From NCBI GenBank assembly GCA_965112155.1, contig OZ218104.1: DNA of 64,000 nt. One strand, given 5' to 3'. The notes under the pieces were generated by a model. It was given only the letters and a program-made list of their open reading frames with translations. It ran no database searches and was not told the origin of the DNA. A program made the position numbers and the translations under genes. Below, one piece after another: positions 1-13,015 of the stretch; the first letter of the stretch is position 1, and each line of letters opens with the position of its first letter. The stretch is from Podarcis liolepis (Eukaryota).

Positions 1-161
1 GCCTTTGGGTCTGATCCATCAGGGTTTCTTTTGCAAGCCAAGGTGAGGGAGGGCTCTTGCCTTTGTGCCCTGCCTCTGAGCATCCCTGAGCCATTGGACG
101 GGCCTCTGTGAGAACAGGAAACTGGACTAGATGGGTCTCATTCACCTTTACGTTTTTAATA

Positions 162-497
162 CAGTGGTGCCTCGCAAGATGAAAAGAGTCCGATCTGTGA
201 TTCTCTTCGTCTAGCGGTTTTTTCGTCTTGCGAAGCAAGCCCATTGACGGATTAGCGGATTAGCGCTATTAGCGGCTTTTAGCGGCTTATCGGCTTATCG
301 GATCAGCTGATAAGCAGCTTAGCGGCTTAGAAAAAGGGAAGGAAAGGGGGGGGAACCCGCAGGAACTCGCAAGACATTTTCATCTTGCGAAGCAAGCCCA
401 TAGGAGATTCGTTTTGCGAAGCACCTCCAAAACGGAAAACTCTTTCGTCTAGCGAGTTTTCTGTCTTGCGAGGCATTCGTCTTGCGGGGCACCACTG
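162..497. mobile_element. Tc1/mariner (pogo/Tigger-like) MITE
   Basis: 22-bp TIRs CAGTGGTGCCTCGCAAGATGAA / TTCGTCTTGCGGGGCACCACTG with 2 mismatches. TA on both sides. Internal TAGCGG(A/C)T tandem array and repeated TIR-like submotifs. Confidence 0.9.
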
Positions 498-692
498 TAT
501 TGCGTTTCAAAGCACTTCTGTGAATCACAGCACTCGTTATCAACATAAAGTTCTGCCCAGTGATGCTCAAAAGACGGCCCGCTCTTTCCGCCAACCTAAA
601 TTTTACCCGGTATGAAACCTCATTTTTCCACTGCTTCATTTTCTCATACAATTTTTACAGACACGTCCTGCATTGGCCCCTTCTCCCCTCAT

Positions 693-985
693 AAATTTAA
701 AGCACTATTTTACAACTTTCAGCAGCCACGGCTTCCCCCAAATCATCCTGGAGAGTCTGTTTTTGTAAAGGGTCCTGAGATTTGTCAGGAGACCCCTCTA
801 CCCCTCTCAAAGCTACAGTTCCCAGAGTTTCCTGGGAAGAGGGATCAATTGTTAAACCACTCTTGAGAGCTGTGTCTCTGTGAGGTGAATCAGCATCTTC
901 TAACCGCTCTCAGCACCCTGAAATGCAGCTCCCAAGGCTCTTTGGGGGAAGCTGTGGTTGTTTAAAGTGGCATGGTAGAGGTATA
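693..985. mobile_element. Palindromic MITE, probably PIF/Harbinger-like (related copies at about 14859-15170, 19092-19290, 45905-46070, 52391-52585, 55050-55200)
   Basis: Long self-complementary arms (TTTAAAGCA...CCACTTTAAACAG...CTTCCCCCAAAGAATCCTGGGAACTGTAGT) recur through the window. The superfamily is inferred from the GGCCCCGTCTGCAC end of the copy at 52391. Boundaries are approximate. Confidence 0.65.
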
Positions 986-1974
986 GCCCAGATCATGGGC
1001 GTAGTCAAGGGGGGCAGGGAGAGGCATTTGAAACCGAATCTCTGTGGGTGACAGAAGCAGGGATTTGGAGCCAGGAGGCTTCGGGTGGCGAAATCTCCTC
1101 CCCCATCACTTCTTTTTTCAGCTGTCCTCTCCCAATTTTGCTTCCCGTCAACAAGCAACCCTATGCTATTTTTGTTTGTAAAGCAGGGATGGGGGGGGGG
1201 CTCAGGCCTGGGGGCCACATGTGACCCTCCATGCCCCTCTAATTGGCCCCTGAAACTCTCTTTGGACCGCACTCCCTCACTGGCCCTGCTCCAAACCCTC
1301 CTTGAGTGTGTGTGGAAACTATTCTATTATGCAAAGGTGAAATTTGCATTTCCTGCCCTGCCCACTTTAGCCTCTGGCTCCACCTACCGCTTGCATGCAG
1401 CCTTGGGGAGGTTGCCTAGGAGAGAATTTCTGCCCTCGGACTGAAGAAGGGTCCCCATGCCAAGTGTAACCTGTAGTTAACAACTCCCTCCCAAAATGTC
1501 CAGTGTTATCTGCAGGCTACCCACGAGTAGTTCTTAATGACATCTTTTGACCAGAGTTTGCACCTTTTGTCCGGGAAATCCCTAATCCTTTTTGGGTGGC
1601 AGCTCCCATCTTCCAGGCTTGGCTGGAAGTGATGGATGTTTTGAGTCCAACGATACCTTAGAGGGGCACCCTGCTGACTACCCTTGCTCCAACCCCACAT
1701 ACATAAGAAAAGGAACAACGCTCTGCACAAGCTCCGGGACACCTTTGTCCTTCATTCTGACTTCACATGCCACAGGGCTGAGATCCTACCTAAGAAAATG
1801 GGGTCCCAGGCTCTGCCCTTGGCTTGGATTTTCAAGGCTCGCCTCTGTTTTCTGAGAATCCCTAAAGTGCTTCTTGTGCTGGATATAGAAGCAGACTGGG
1901 GTGTGGCAGTTAAGTGTGTGGGTGGCATTTCTATCGAGACGCAGCTATTTTATACCCAGCGTTGTACAAAATGC

Positions 1975-2006
<32 letters not shown>

Positions 2007-3723
2007 CACAAGTGTGTGTGGTCTGAGAGGAGATACAGACATACAGAAGCAGATGTGCAAATTTGACAGCTGTGGTTGGATTGTGACAACGGGTGTTAGC
2101 AGAGGACAAACATACACACCCCGGGAAAAGCTGTACTCATTTTACATTTCTGGAGAGCGATCTCTTTTTATAGGATTGCTCTGTACAGGCACGGCAGGGC
2201 ATTCTCTGTGATGATGATTTAAATGCAGCCCCCCCCCCTCCAACCACTGGAAATAGTTATTACTTCTGGGCACACCCAAGTAACATCACAGCCAAGATGA
2301 CTAGAGCCTTGATTTCTTACCAAATCCTGAAAAACATTGCAGTGGTAGACATAGGGTATGCTAGCCTTTTTGTTTTTCTAACAAACTAGTATGCTGTTCT
2401 TTCCAGATGTTGCCTAGTTGTATTTTTTACTCCGGTTTCTCCATGACATGCTAGCTTTCTACACGCAGGGTGGGTTGTATTAAGAGCTTGTATCTTTCCA
2501 CTTTTTAATTTGCCCGCGCTTGCTGCCCGAAGAGGGTCTTTACTCCTTGATTCTGCAGAACGAATAAAAGAGGCTCTTTTGGTCAGGGTTGTGGCAGTGG
2601 TAGTTTTAGTGCTGCTTATGCCTCTCCTGTCTTTTATGACACCCCCTCCTGTCCCGGCCTCCCCCAACCTAACTGGATAACAAGCGGCAGCTTTGCAAAC
2701 ACAGGTCACCAATCAACTCAAATGGCTTTGATGGATCAGTGTCTTGGGAGACCCTTGCACGATAGGTAATAAATAGTTTGATTTGCATCGCAGCTGGGGT
2801 CAGGAGGGGCCTTGACAGATTGACTTGCCCAAGGCAGCTGCTGTCACATCCCTTACCTTCCCCAGTGCTAGAAGAGAAATATATTTACTATTGGGTTTTT
2901 GTGTGTGCTTTTGTGTGTGGATACAAACACCGTCCCCTTAAGCATCAGTGTGCGTTTTTTAAATTCTGAATTAGCATCGGAGACAGGCATGGCTCCAAAA
3001 AAGGCTTACTTTTGGAGCCTTATTGACCTGCTCTCAAGGGAGCCTGCCCCTCTGACTCTGCATGAGTGTCCGTCCTTGGTAGGCTTCCCCATTGGAAGGA
3101 ATCAAGCCCAGAATGGGGCATCGTTCAGAGGCATGACAGATTTGCCTCTGTTTGAAGGCAAATCATATTTTGCCACATTGCTATACATCAGGGGGTCGCC
3201 TCCGGACTACAACTTCCAACATCTGTGACCACTGGCCATGCTGGCTAGGCTCTGTTGTTGAGAGGTGTGGTCCCATGGCAGCTGGGGCCCTCCCAGGATG
3301 GCTAACCTTGCTCTTCATGATAACGGAATCCATCTATTACAGCTGCTGCAAAGACATGGCTGATTGGCAGGAAGCAGGTTAAGAACAGGTAGTCACTCAG
3401 GGAGGCAGCCAGCACCCTCATTTGTAGATTGGTGTTTAGGGCATACGGTTTGATAGTATGGAAGGATCCAGCTTCGGAGAAACCATTCCAGCTGCAGTCA
3501 CAGCATGCTCACCTGGAAGTAAGTCCCTTTGCAGTCACTGGGACTTACTTCTGAGCTGATCTGCAGATCATTGAGAGGGATTTGGAGTTCACCTTGATGT
3601 TTCTGAATACTGGTTTGTTACAGTGCCATGTGCAAGTGAGGAATAACAGCCAACAGCTCTGTGGCTCAAAGTGTTTTCTTGAATCTCTCAACTAATGCCA
3701 CCCCCCAATCTTTTGTTTTGCAG

Positions 3724-3771
3724 ACAAACCAGGGTACTATTTTCCACAGCCGCTGCCGACGCCACAGGACG
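3724..3771 (+). CDS. AGRN: Agrin 48-nt linker exon (equivalent to human exon 3; the first exon shared by the secreted LN and transmembrane SN forms)
   Basis: Acceptor ttttgttttgcag|AC and donor G|gtgagt, phase 1-1. Encodes (D)KPGYYFPQPLPTPQD(V), similar to recalled human DKPGTHFTPVPPTPPDA and chicken DKPNSYFTQTPPTPRDA. Splices in frame to 49826, giving ...[12 protein letters not shown]. Confidence 0.92.
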
Positions 3772-5431
3772 GTGAGTAGTGGGACAAAAGTAAATTCCAG
3801 ATCTTATCCCTAACATTTGGTTTTCGGTACTTAAAAGCTGATCTGGTGGAGTTGCTACCTCCTGCAAAGGAACACTCCTTTGACCCAGTGATCTATTTCC
3901 CTGCCTCGTTGCTCCTGACTCCTCCCCCTTCCTCCCCACACGGAGCGAGCGCATCGTGCACCAATGTTCTGTCTGATACTGCTTTTGCCAGCTGGAGAGA
4001 AAAGACATTTCCCAGTAGCAGTAATCTAGGAAAAAAACCTATATTTGTTGCAATGTGTGTGATGTCATTAACATTGATGATTATACAATAGCGTGCTGAC
4101 GTCAACAAGGTACTGGGCTAGGGACCTGGGTTCAAATCTCTGTTCACTGAGTGATTCTGGGGACCTCATTCTCTCCTGCCCTGGTGTACTTCTCAGGGTT
4201 CTTGTGAGGATTTCAAAAGGGGTAGGGGAAAGACTCTGTTCAACCCTCCGCCAACCACTTGAATGACAGAACAGCTTTAAAACAAATGTAAAAATCAAAT
4301 GATTTATTTAAACTTTATGTACCAGAGCCTCAGGCTTTGCTTAAGGTTCTCCCTGTTTAAAAAAACCACACCCAATATTTTAAAATATCTGCCTTTCAAA
4401 GTCTTCATTGCTGCTTCTGCTACTCTGCTGCTGGTGGCAATGATTAGTATCATGATACACTGTTTAAACCAGTCTTGGCTAAGCTGCTGCCCTGCAGATG
4501 TTTTGCACCACCAGCTCACATCAGTCCCAGCCAACAGAGCTGTGAGATGCCAGTGCTGTCACCCAAAACTTCCAGAGGGCCCCAGGTTGGCAAAGGCCGC
4601 CTTAAACCAATTAAAAATCCACAGATCCCAGCCCTTTTGGAAAAATAGAAGGAAAGAAAAGAAAATACTCTTTTTGCTTCATGCGTGAGAGTCCCACTTT
4701 TCTGTCTTTCTCTGCAAGGCCAAACATCCTGTTCTCTGCCTTTCTGGAGCACTTTTCAGTGAAATTCCAATTTGATAAGCAACCCTATGAGGACAGAGAT
4801 GAGGGCCCTTCACACATTTACAGAAGATGACTCTCTCCTGCTGTCTCATTTGGTGAAGCTGCACACATCCTCTTGGGGTGATTCCCCCGGTGCATGGATG
4901 TGAGTTTGATGAAGATGCCTACTTCAGACATGATGGTGTGCAACCCTGTGTGCCTGCTGTATAAACACAGACGCTCTGCAGTGCATGAATGCGATGCTGT
5001 CACTTCCCAAGGGCTGAAGAGGGCATTTGGACCTGCCACCCCAATCTTGCCAACGGAAAACAACTCTCTAGCTATTGCATCACTTTTTCAACTGATGTTT
5101 AGGGATTATAGGCAGTTTATCCACAAACCAGAACAGTGAACAGTCCATTTGCAACAGCAGCAAGTAGACATGTGTTTGGGGGACGGAGGGCCCCTCCCCC
5201 AGTAATTTTAGGGCACATTGTCTGCAACTGTAATCTCTATCCCTCTCCTCCAAGTTTTCTCCCCTTCCCATCGTCTAGGATGCCACCCTTCCCTCTCCTT
5301 TCGTTATACAATGTCGCTCATCGCACCTTCCTGTGACCAAACTGTGTCTGCAGATTCCATGTACTGAGCGTAGATTTCCCCCATGGAATTCAGTGGGAAA
5401 CCAGCTATGGAAAGTAGGGAAACAGAGGCTG

Positions 5432-5788
5432 GAATTAAATCTTGATGGGAGTGTAGGCGGAGTCAGAATGGAATCTTAGCGGGAGCATGGGCGGAGTCAG
5501 AATGATACCTTGGCGGGAGCATGGGCGGAGTCAGAATAGAATCTTGGCGGGAGCATGGGCGGAGTCTGAATGGAATCTTGGTGGGGGCATGGGCGGAGTC
5601 AGAATGGAATCTTGGTGGGAGCATGGGCGGAGTCTGAATGGAATCTTGGTGGGGGCATGGGCGGAGTCAGAATGGAATCTTGGTGGGGGCATGGGCGGAG
5701 TCAGAATGGAATCTTGGCGGGAGCATGGGCGGAGTCAGAATGGAATCTTGGCGGGAGGATGGGCGGAGTCAGAATGGAATCTTGGTGG
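5432..5788. repeat. Minisatellite, 34-bp unit, about 10.5 copies
   Basis: Unit GAATGGAATCTTGG(C/T)GGG(A/G)GCATGGGCGGAGTCA starts every 34 bp from 5432 to 5772. Confidence 0.95.
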
Positions 5789-6370
5789 CGGTGTTTGCCG
5801 AATTTTCCGGCTTTTCTATCTTCCTTGTAAAGCCATGCAGCCCAGTAAGAGGAAGCTGTATGTGGTAAGTGAGAAATCTTGGCTGTGTTCGGCACTTCGC
5901 TTTTATGCCAGCCCATGTATATATACATGTATGTTAAATATAAACGTCATTTAAATTCACTGCTACTGCCAAAGCAAACCTACCTTGTGCACAGATAATG
6001 CACCAGGCGGGTCCCTAGCAGGCTGTGGTTTGCATTCATACAGCTTTTCCCTAATATCAGGATACATATATATGGCCTTAGCAAATTGCATCCACATGCC
6101 CACTGAACTGGCAAGAGATTGTTAATGGGTTTCTTGTATTCCCCTTGAAGAAAAAGAGAGCACTTTTGGAGTTTTGTGAGCCCTTGTCAAAATTATATGT
6201 TGTCTTTGAGTTTTGAAACCAAGAAGCATAGAGAAGACTTGTCATAATTGACAAAGAGGGAGAAGCAATGGTGATGGGTTTGAAACTGTAAAGTATTTCT
6301 GCCCACCCCCCACCCCCAAGGTGAATTTAGATGATGGTGCAGAAGAGGAGGTACTGCAAAGACACTAGTG

Positions 6371-6743
6371 CAGGGGTCCCCAAACTAAGGCCCGCGGGCC
6401 GCATAAGGCCCGAGGGACTCATTTATCCGGCCCACGGTGACCCCCGCCGCTCGCTCTTACCGGCGCTGCGCTGTGTAGCTGCCCACTTCTGGGTCGGAGC
6501 AGCACTGGAAATAGCTTGTGCGCATGCGCAAGCGTTATTTGCGCATGCACAAGCGTTATTTCCCGTGCACATCCAGGTCGGAGGAGGCCCATGCACATGT
6601 GCACAAGCTATTTCCGGTGCTCCTCCGACCCGGAAGTGCGCCGGAAATAGCATGTGCGCACGCGTATGGGCACGCGCTCCCCCGCCCTTCGGCCTGCCGC
6701 GCGATCGGCGCTTACCGAGGCACGGTAAGTTTGCTGACCCCTG
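6371..6743. mobile_element. Young hAT (Charlie-like) MITE
   Basis: TIRs CAGGGGTCCCCAAACT / AGTTTGCTGACCCCTG. Perfect 8-bp TSD CACTAGTG at 6363-6370 and 6744-6751. CpG-rich, with an internal inverted repeat of about 40 bp. Confidence 0.93.
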
Positions 6744-9213
6744 CACTAGTGTGTTCCAGGCTTTGAAACTGTCACACTTTCAGCTGCTCGAGTTCTTGTC
6801 CCTGCCAACTTGGAGAATCTTTCAAATACTGAGTGATACACCTGCAAAGTGTGCTTGGCAAGAGCTCAGAGCTGAGCTATCAAGCAGTTCAGTTTTAGCA
6901 GAGTATACCTGTATCAGTGTGAACAATTAGATGAGGATTTGTTAAAAATCAAGCTCCACTGTCATCTGGCAGTGGAGGACCTTCATCACTTAGCAAGGTT
7001 TGAGAAACACTCTGCAGGTGCCTTCCAGAAAAAATGAACTGCCCCTGCAAAGTGCAGATCAGCTTGCAGAAGGGGCAGATTTTTGTAGCAAAGTGTTTTG
7101 CTTTGTTCCCACCAGAGTCATTTGTTGGGCAGCTTAAACTGTCCATGAGTAATGGTGATTAAATCGAAACTGATGAGGGCCAATTGAGGAGACAGGATTT
7201 CAAAATGGGGGGGGGGAGGGATTATTGGGGTATCACTGCAGTTGGTGAGTGAGAAAAAGTGTTCCCTCCCGAATATTTATGTCAGTAAGAGAAGCCTAGA
7301 ACCAGAATGGAAGATGGCAGGTTTGGGGCAGAGCCCAAATGGAACCTGGTGGGTATGGGTGGAATCACAGGAAATACCAATTTACTTGTTTTTTAGACTC
7401 CACTGATGATTTTACCTGAGAACACAGTTTTTCAGATAGGTAAAATAAATGCTCGTTTGTAACTTTACTTGCATTAGTCCCCTTATCCCCAATTCAAAAC
7501 ATACTGGTGTTCAAACCAATTTAAAAAGCAGCAATCAACTAATGGTTTATTAATTCCTCTCTTTATCTTTTGTCAGAATGGGAAAGCGACGGATGCCATG
7601 ATAAACAAAATGTGATTAATCTATAATTGGACCCAGGGTGTCTTGTTTAAAAATAAAAATGAACGTAGGTGTAGCTTGCATCTTGACGCTGTGAAATATT
7701 AATAAACCAAGCCTATCCAGATGACATGTTGCATTTTTAAAAAACCAACAACACATCTTGCCCTTATGTACTAGGCACAATCTCTTTCTGAGGAGGAGTC
7801 TGTAGCATATTGTGCCTCACATCTCTTGGCTTGCTGCGGAGCTGCTTTGCTGGTTGAAGAAAAACAACAGTATTGCCCTTTCTTTCCCCTTTTAAATTTA
7901 GGACAATGTTCCTTTTAATTTTCTGGGTGATCTTATCTTATGTGGAAATGCTACAAGGCTGGGTTGTGTGTGCAGATGCCTGGCATGTATTTGAGGCCCT
8001 GATGTGGTATAGGCAAGGGGACAAGAGGACTTGAAATGGAGACGTCACAGACACTGCCCAATAAGCGCTTGCTTCCCCACCCCCCGCACACACACTAAAC
8101 TTTGCTTCAGCAGGTGCAGCATTCTTCCCCAAGCAGCAGCCATGAGGGCTAGAAGCTTGGTTCACATTTTTAAAAGCTAAGATCCTTGGCAGGGGAGCCA
8201 GATTCTGCACCGGGCTGCCAGTTGCAAAATGCCAGGATGGTGGTGCATTATGCACAATGAAGCAGCCCTCCCCAGCTCCCCATGTCTCAGGTGGAGTCTA
8301 TAGTGCCCCGGACTCAGAGATTTTGGCTGCAGATGCACCACATATCCTAGGAACTGTAGTTTGTGGCAAATGGTAGCTCTGCGATGGGTAAACTACAGGT
8401 CCCAGGATTCTTGGAGGATGGAGGAGAATGTGCTTTAATATGTATGGTGTGCCTTCAGCCTCTGCCCTCAAACTGGACTCATCCTGCATCATGTGAAATT
8501 TCAGCTCTTGCCTTTTCCTCTCTCCAACTTGGCACATGTTAAGAACAATTTACGTCAGGTTAACATAGCTGGTCCAGTGGGACACGAACACCCCCCCCTC
8601 TTTTACCTTCCTTTTTTCGTGTAACCAAGGGCAACAAGGCACCATATCCACTTGAAAGACTGCAATAATTGTTAGTAGGGCTTCTTTTTTAAAAAATACT
8701 AATAATAGCAATAAAGGGGAATGGATGTACATAACCAGGAGACCACACTGGCCTGCACATTTTGGGAGGAAGTGTTTTTATGACTTTTGTCTGCATAGAT
8801 GATAACGGATGACAGCAGCAAGCGTGGGTAGAAGCCCCTTGAGAAGAACTAAATTGGTAGCTTGGGGAAGCTGTTGCTGATACGGCCCATTTGTAAGGAT
8901 ATGTAAGGATTTGCTTTATTGGGTGGGCAAATGCGGTGGGGGGGCCAGAGCACAGGCGAGGAACCATTCCCAATGGGCTGCATTCTCCTCCCTTCTCAGC
9001 AACCTTCTGGGAGCCACATGACCATGGTGGGCAGGGCCAGAAGTAAAAGTGGGTGGAGCAGGGCATGCCCATTCGCTTGCCCCTCCTCTCTTGAACCAAT
9101 CCACATACAACCTGCTTGGAAAGGAAGCAGAAGGCAAGGGTTCCACATTGATATTCTTGCTTTCCATCCTTGGCAGGGATGGTGAGGAGAAACTGTACTA
9201 CAAGCCCCCCTCC

Positions 9214-9255
<42 letters not shown>

Positions 9256-9990
9256 CAGTGCTCCCCCACCCCATCCAGTACAAGGGCCTTGGAAACAACC
9301 CCCAAATGCAAAAACCACTCTCCCCACTTGTGATTCACAGAAGCTGGCATTCCGAAGCAAACTGACTCCACAATTGGATTCCGTCTGTCTTCCCCCTCTG
9401 GCCATTACAAGTTGGAAGTGGTAACCCCAACCAATCTGATGCTGGAAAGGCAAAACCTTTCCAGCTGTCAATCACCCAAGTCAAGCATATCCACTGCAAT
9501 GCCTTCCAGGTGTTTTGGACTCGCCTTTCTCCTCCTGCCTTATTTTCTTAATGAGCCTCTAAAAATAGTGGAGGCAATATATAAATAATCTTAACAAGCA
9601 GCTGCTACTAGCCTTATCCTAGCTGTGAATTTGTCCAGATCCCCCTTTAAAGCCACCCAAGGGCAGTATGATAATAAGCCACCTTGAACCCAAGTCTGGG
9701 GGAAAGGCGGGATGTAAAAAATAAATATAATAATGGTGACGACAACGACAATAATATAAGAGAGCCCTGCAGCTGGATCTGGTCAAAAGGCCCATCTAGT
9801 CCAGTGTCCTGTGCTCCAAGTGGCCACCAGGTTTCCATTATAAGAAACCCACAAGCAGGACCTGAATCGAACAGCACCTTTTTTCACCTGTGATTCCCAG
9901 CAACTGGTGTTCAGAGGCATATTGCCTCTGACAGAGGGAAAGCATTGCCAACATGGCTAGTAGCTGTCAATAACCTTGTCCTCCCATAGG

Positions 9991-10135
9991 ATCATAGAAT
10001 CATAGAATTTGAGAGCTGGAAGGGACTCCGTGGGTCATCTAGTCCAACCCCCTGCAATGCAGGAATCTCAGCTAAATCATCCATGGCAAAAGACCATCCA
10101 ACCTCTACTTGAAAACTTCCAAGGAAGGAGAGTCT
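9991..10135 (-). mobile_element. CR1 LINE 3' end
   Basis: ATCATAGAATCATAGAAT is the reverse complement of the CR1 ATTCTATG terminal repeat, followed by GAGCTGGAAGGGAC...ATCTAGTCCAACCCC. Confidence 0.8.
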
Positions 10136-10239
10136 GTAGATTTGCCCAATCGTCTTTTCAAACCATCCATGTTGGTTGGCCATCACTGTCTTCTGTGGGA
10201 AGTGGATTCCATAGGGCTTCAATGCAGAAAATGTAGTGG

Positions 10240-10515
10240 GCATGTTCTCTGTTGTTCCAGAGACCAGAAGCTATGGGTGGAAACTGTGGAAGAAGCAGAT
10301 TTCAGCTGAACATTAGGAGATGTTTCCTAATGGTAAGAGGTGTTAGAAAATGGAACTGACTCTGCGTCAGACAGGGATGGGCTTTCCTTCACTGTGGGGT
10401 TTGAAGCAGAGGCCAGCTGGCCTTCTGACTCTGGGATGCCACCACTGCAAGGTCCTTTCATTCAGCTGCGGATTGATCTAAACGGCCTCCAAGGGTCCCT
10501 TTCAGTGATTCTAAG
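10240..10515 (+). mobile_element. Decayed CR1 LINE 3' fragment
   Basis: Resembles the CR1 ORF2 C-terminus and 3'UTR (AGATTTCAGCTGAACATTAGGAG...TTCCTAATGGTAAGAG...GTCCCTT...GATTCTA). Confidence 0.7.
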
Positions 10516-10590
10516 GAGCACTCCAGAGTTGAGAGCATCAGCAGCCGGTGAAGCCAACGCCAAGGGTTGGTTTGCACACTTTCTCTCTAT

Positions 10591-10627
<37 letters not shown>

Positions 10628-12687
10628 CCCGGCTTTACTCCTAAATGAGGAATGAGCCAGGCTCGAAAAATATGGGTCACACACATGCACGCGCACACAC
10701 ACAGAGTGTGCTTCAGCAGAATCTCGCGCTGCTGCTTTGCAAGGCGAGGAACTCTCTTGGGGCACTGCGAATGCCTTCTCTAATCGTGCCCTGCAGCTCT
10801 GGGTGAGCCTTCAGGGCACTGCAAATGTAGAGCTACTGACGGCGGAGGAGAAGTTTAGTGAAAGTGGGGGTGCAGCCAGCCACAGAAGACTTGAGCGGTG
10901 TGTGTGTGTGTGTGTGTGAGCAGTTTCTAAAGAGAGGTGCTGCGATCGTTCCATCAACCTGCTTCCTTGGGCGTGCTGGCTTGTTTATCTACTGTGCGCA
11001 GGCGTTATCGATAATTAATGACGCCTCCGCGCTCATTTCCCAGGCTGTTTTCACACCCGGGTGGGCTCCTCTGATGTCTCAGCAGCCTGCTGCTATGCCA
11101 TCCATTTTCCTGTCCTAATCCTTTTGGCCACCAGACCAGGCCCAGACTCTCGGCAGACTTGAGAGACCTAGGCTCTGAAGGTGCTTCCTTTTCCGACAAC
11201 CGAGAGCAGTTCGCCAGACGGGTCGCAAAGGGAAGCTAGGAAGCTAAACCTCTCCATCCCGCGCAGCCCTCAACAGATGTCCAAAGTTGGCAGTGTTGGG
11301 GAGGAGTGGGTGGGAAAGAAGCACCTTTGACAGCCATAACGCTGCTAGACCATTCGTTCATCTAGCTCAGTATTGTCTACACTGGCTGTCAGTAGCTCTC
11401 TAGGGTTTTGGGCAAGAGGCACTTCCAGCCGTACCTGGAGATGCCAGGGATTGAGCCCAGGAGTTTCTTCATGCAATGCACAAAGCCCTTCCTCAGTTTT
11501 ATAGGAAGCTGCCATGTACTGTGTGGAATTCAACGCCACACTGTCCGTGCAAACTTTTCAACTTGTGCAGCTGATTAAACAATACCCCCTCTTTCCCCCC
11601 TGTGCTGCTCTGGGGAGTCTACCAAAACGCACACCCTGAGCGAAATTTGGGGAGCGTGGTGGGAGGGGAGCAGAGAAAGCCCCATTCCAGCAGCAGGTCT
11701 GTTTCCACTGACAAGGTTTATCAGGTGAGAATCCCGCCCGCTGAGTCAAATCATTGCCTGTCTTAATTCAGAATTGTCTCCACTGATTGGCAGAGGCTCT
11801 TAAGAGTTTCAGAGAAGGGACATCCGCAGGCATTGCTGGGGATTTCAGCAGAAACATTCTGCATGCAGTGCAGGTGCTCTAACCACTGAGCTGCAGCACC
11901 TCACCAACCCTAACTAACTCCATCTTGGGTAAGCTGTGGAAATGTCGTGGGGGCACTTTCTTTCCTGCCCACGCAACCTCGTGTCGGAAGGCTCTGCAGA
12001 AAGGCCTCCTCTTTACAGCCTCATAAACCCTCTGCTCCTCCCAGCAGTGACGCAGGAAGTAAAGCAGAACCACTTGATAAATTAAATATTGGAAAAACCA
12101 CTCTCTCTTCCTTGTCAGCCCCATAAATACTGGGATTGTCGTCTGCCGCTTGCTAGCTTTGGGGGCATCCCGGGGCAAGGATGGGAGATGGTTTCTTTTT
12201 CACTCTCTCGCATTGAGAACCAGTTAACTGATTAAAAATGAAAGCATTGTAAATTCTCCCTGCCCCGCTCTCTTCTTCCATTTTCTTTAGTGGTATAATC
12301 AGGGCTTAGGTTTGCAGGCTCAGCTTTGGTTTCCTAGGGGTTGTGTGTGTGTGTGTTTACTTTGCCCTAATCGGTTAATTGATTAAATCTGCATATATTT
12401 GCATGTGCGAAAAAATTGGTTTGAACCAAAGAGCCATTATATTTTTTATTGTTGAAGGATGCACACATGTATCATCTTAGGAGATGCACTCCCTTCTGTA
12501 TGTCTGGGGGGAGGACCTGTGGCCCCCCAGATCTTTGGACTTTGGTGTTCAGGGAGGATGGGAGTTGTGGTTCAACAACACCTGGAGCGCCAGTGGTTTT
12601 ACACCAGTGGTTCTCAAACCCTGGTGTAAAAGTTAGAGGCTTTTAATTCAATTATTCTGCTCAGCATTGCAGCCCAGATTTGTATAA

Positions 12688-13015
12688 TGACATAAGAAGA
12701 GGCTTTCTGGATCAGGCCAGTGGCCCATCTAGTCCAGCACCTTGTTCTCATCGTGGCCAACCAGAGGCCTCTGGAAATCTTGACAGCAGGACTGGAACAC
12801 AAGAGCACTCTCCTCTCTTGCAGTTTCCAGCAACTGGTATTCAGAAGCATTACTGCTTCTGACCATGGAGGCAGATCAATAGCCATTGATGGCTAGCAGC
12901 CACTGATGGCCTTATCCTTAGATTTGTCTAATCCCCTTTGAAAGCCATCCAAGCTGGTGGCCATCACTGCCTCCTGCGGGAGTGAGTTCCAGAGTTCAGC
13001 AGTGCACTATGTGAA
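12688..13015 (-). mobile_element. CR1-related retroposon 3' fragment (similar copies at about 1-150, 9755-9985, 21628-21810, 23005-23280, 47330-47462, 61310-61700)
   Basis: The recurring block ACATAAGAAGAG..CTGGATCAGGCCAGTGGCCCATCTAGTCCAGCA..TGTTCTCA occurs in both orientations across the window. Confidence 0.7.

Noticed and set aside
1-3723. Agrin SN (transmembrane) first exon or the NtA 7-aa insert exon
   Set aside because: I found no frame resembling VRYFMIPCNICLILLATSTLGFAVLLF or DHRKLLA by eye. These exons probably lie upstream of the window.
5487-5954. Repetitive ORFs (MGGVRMESW...)
   Set aside because: These are translations of the 34-bp minisatellite in several frames.
6331-6930. 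199-aa ORF
   Set aside because: It runs through the GC-rich hAT MITE and shows no transposase or other recognisable motif.
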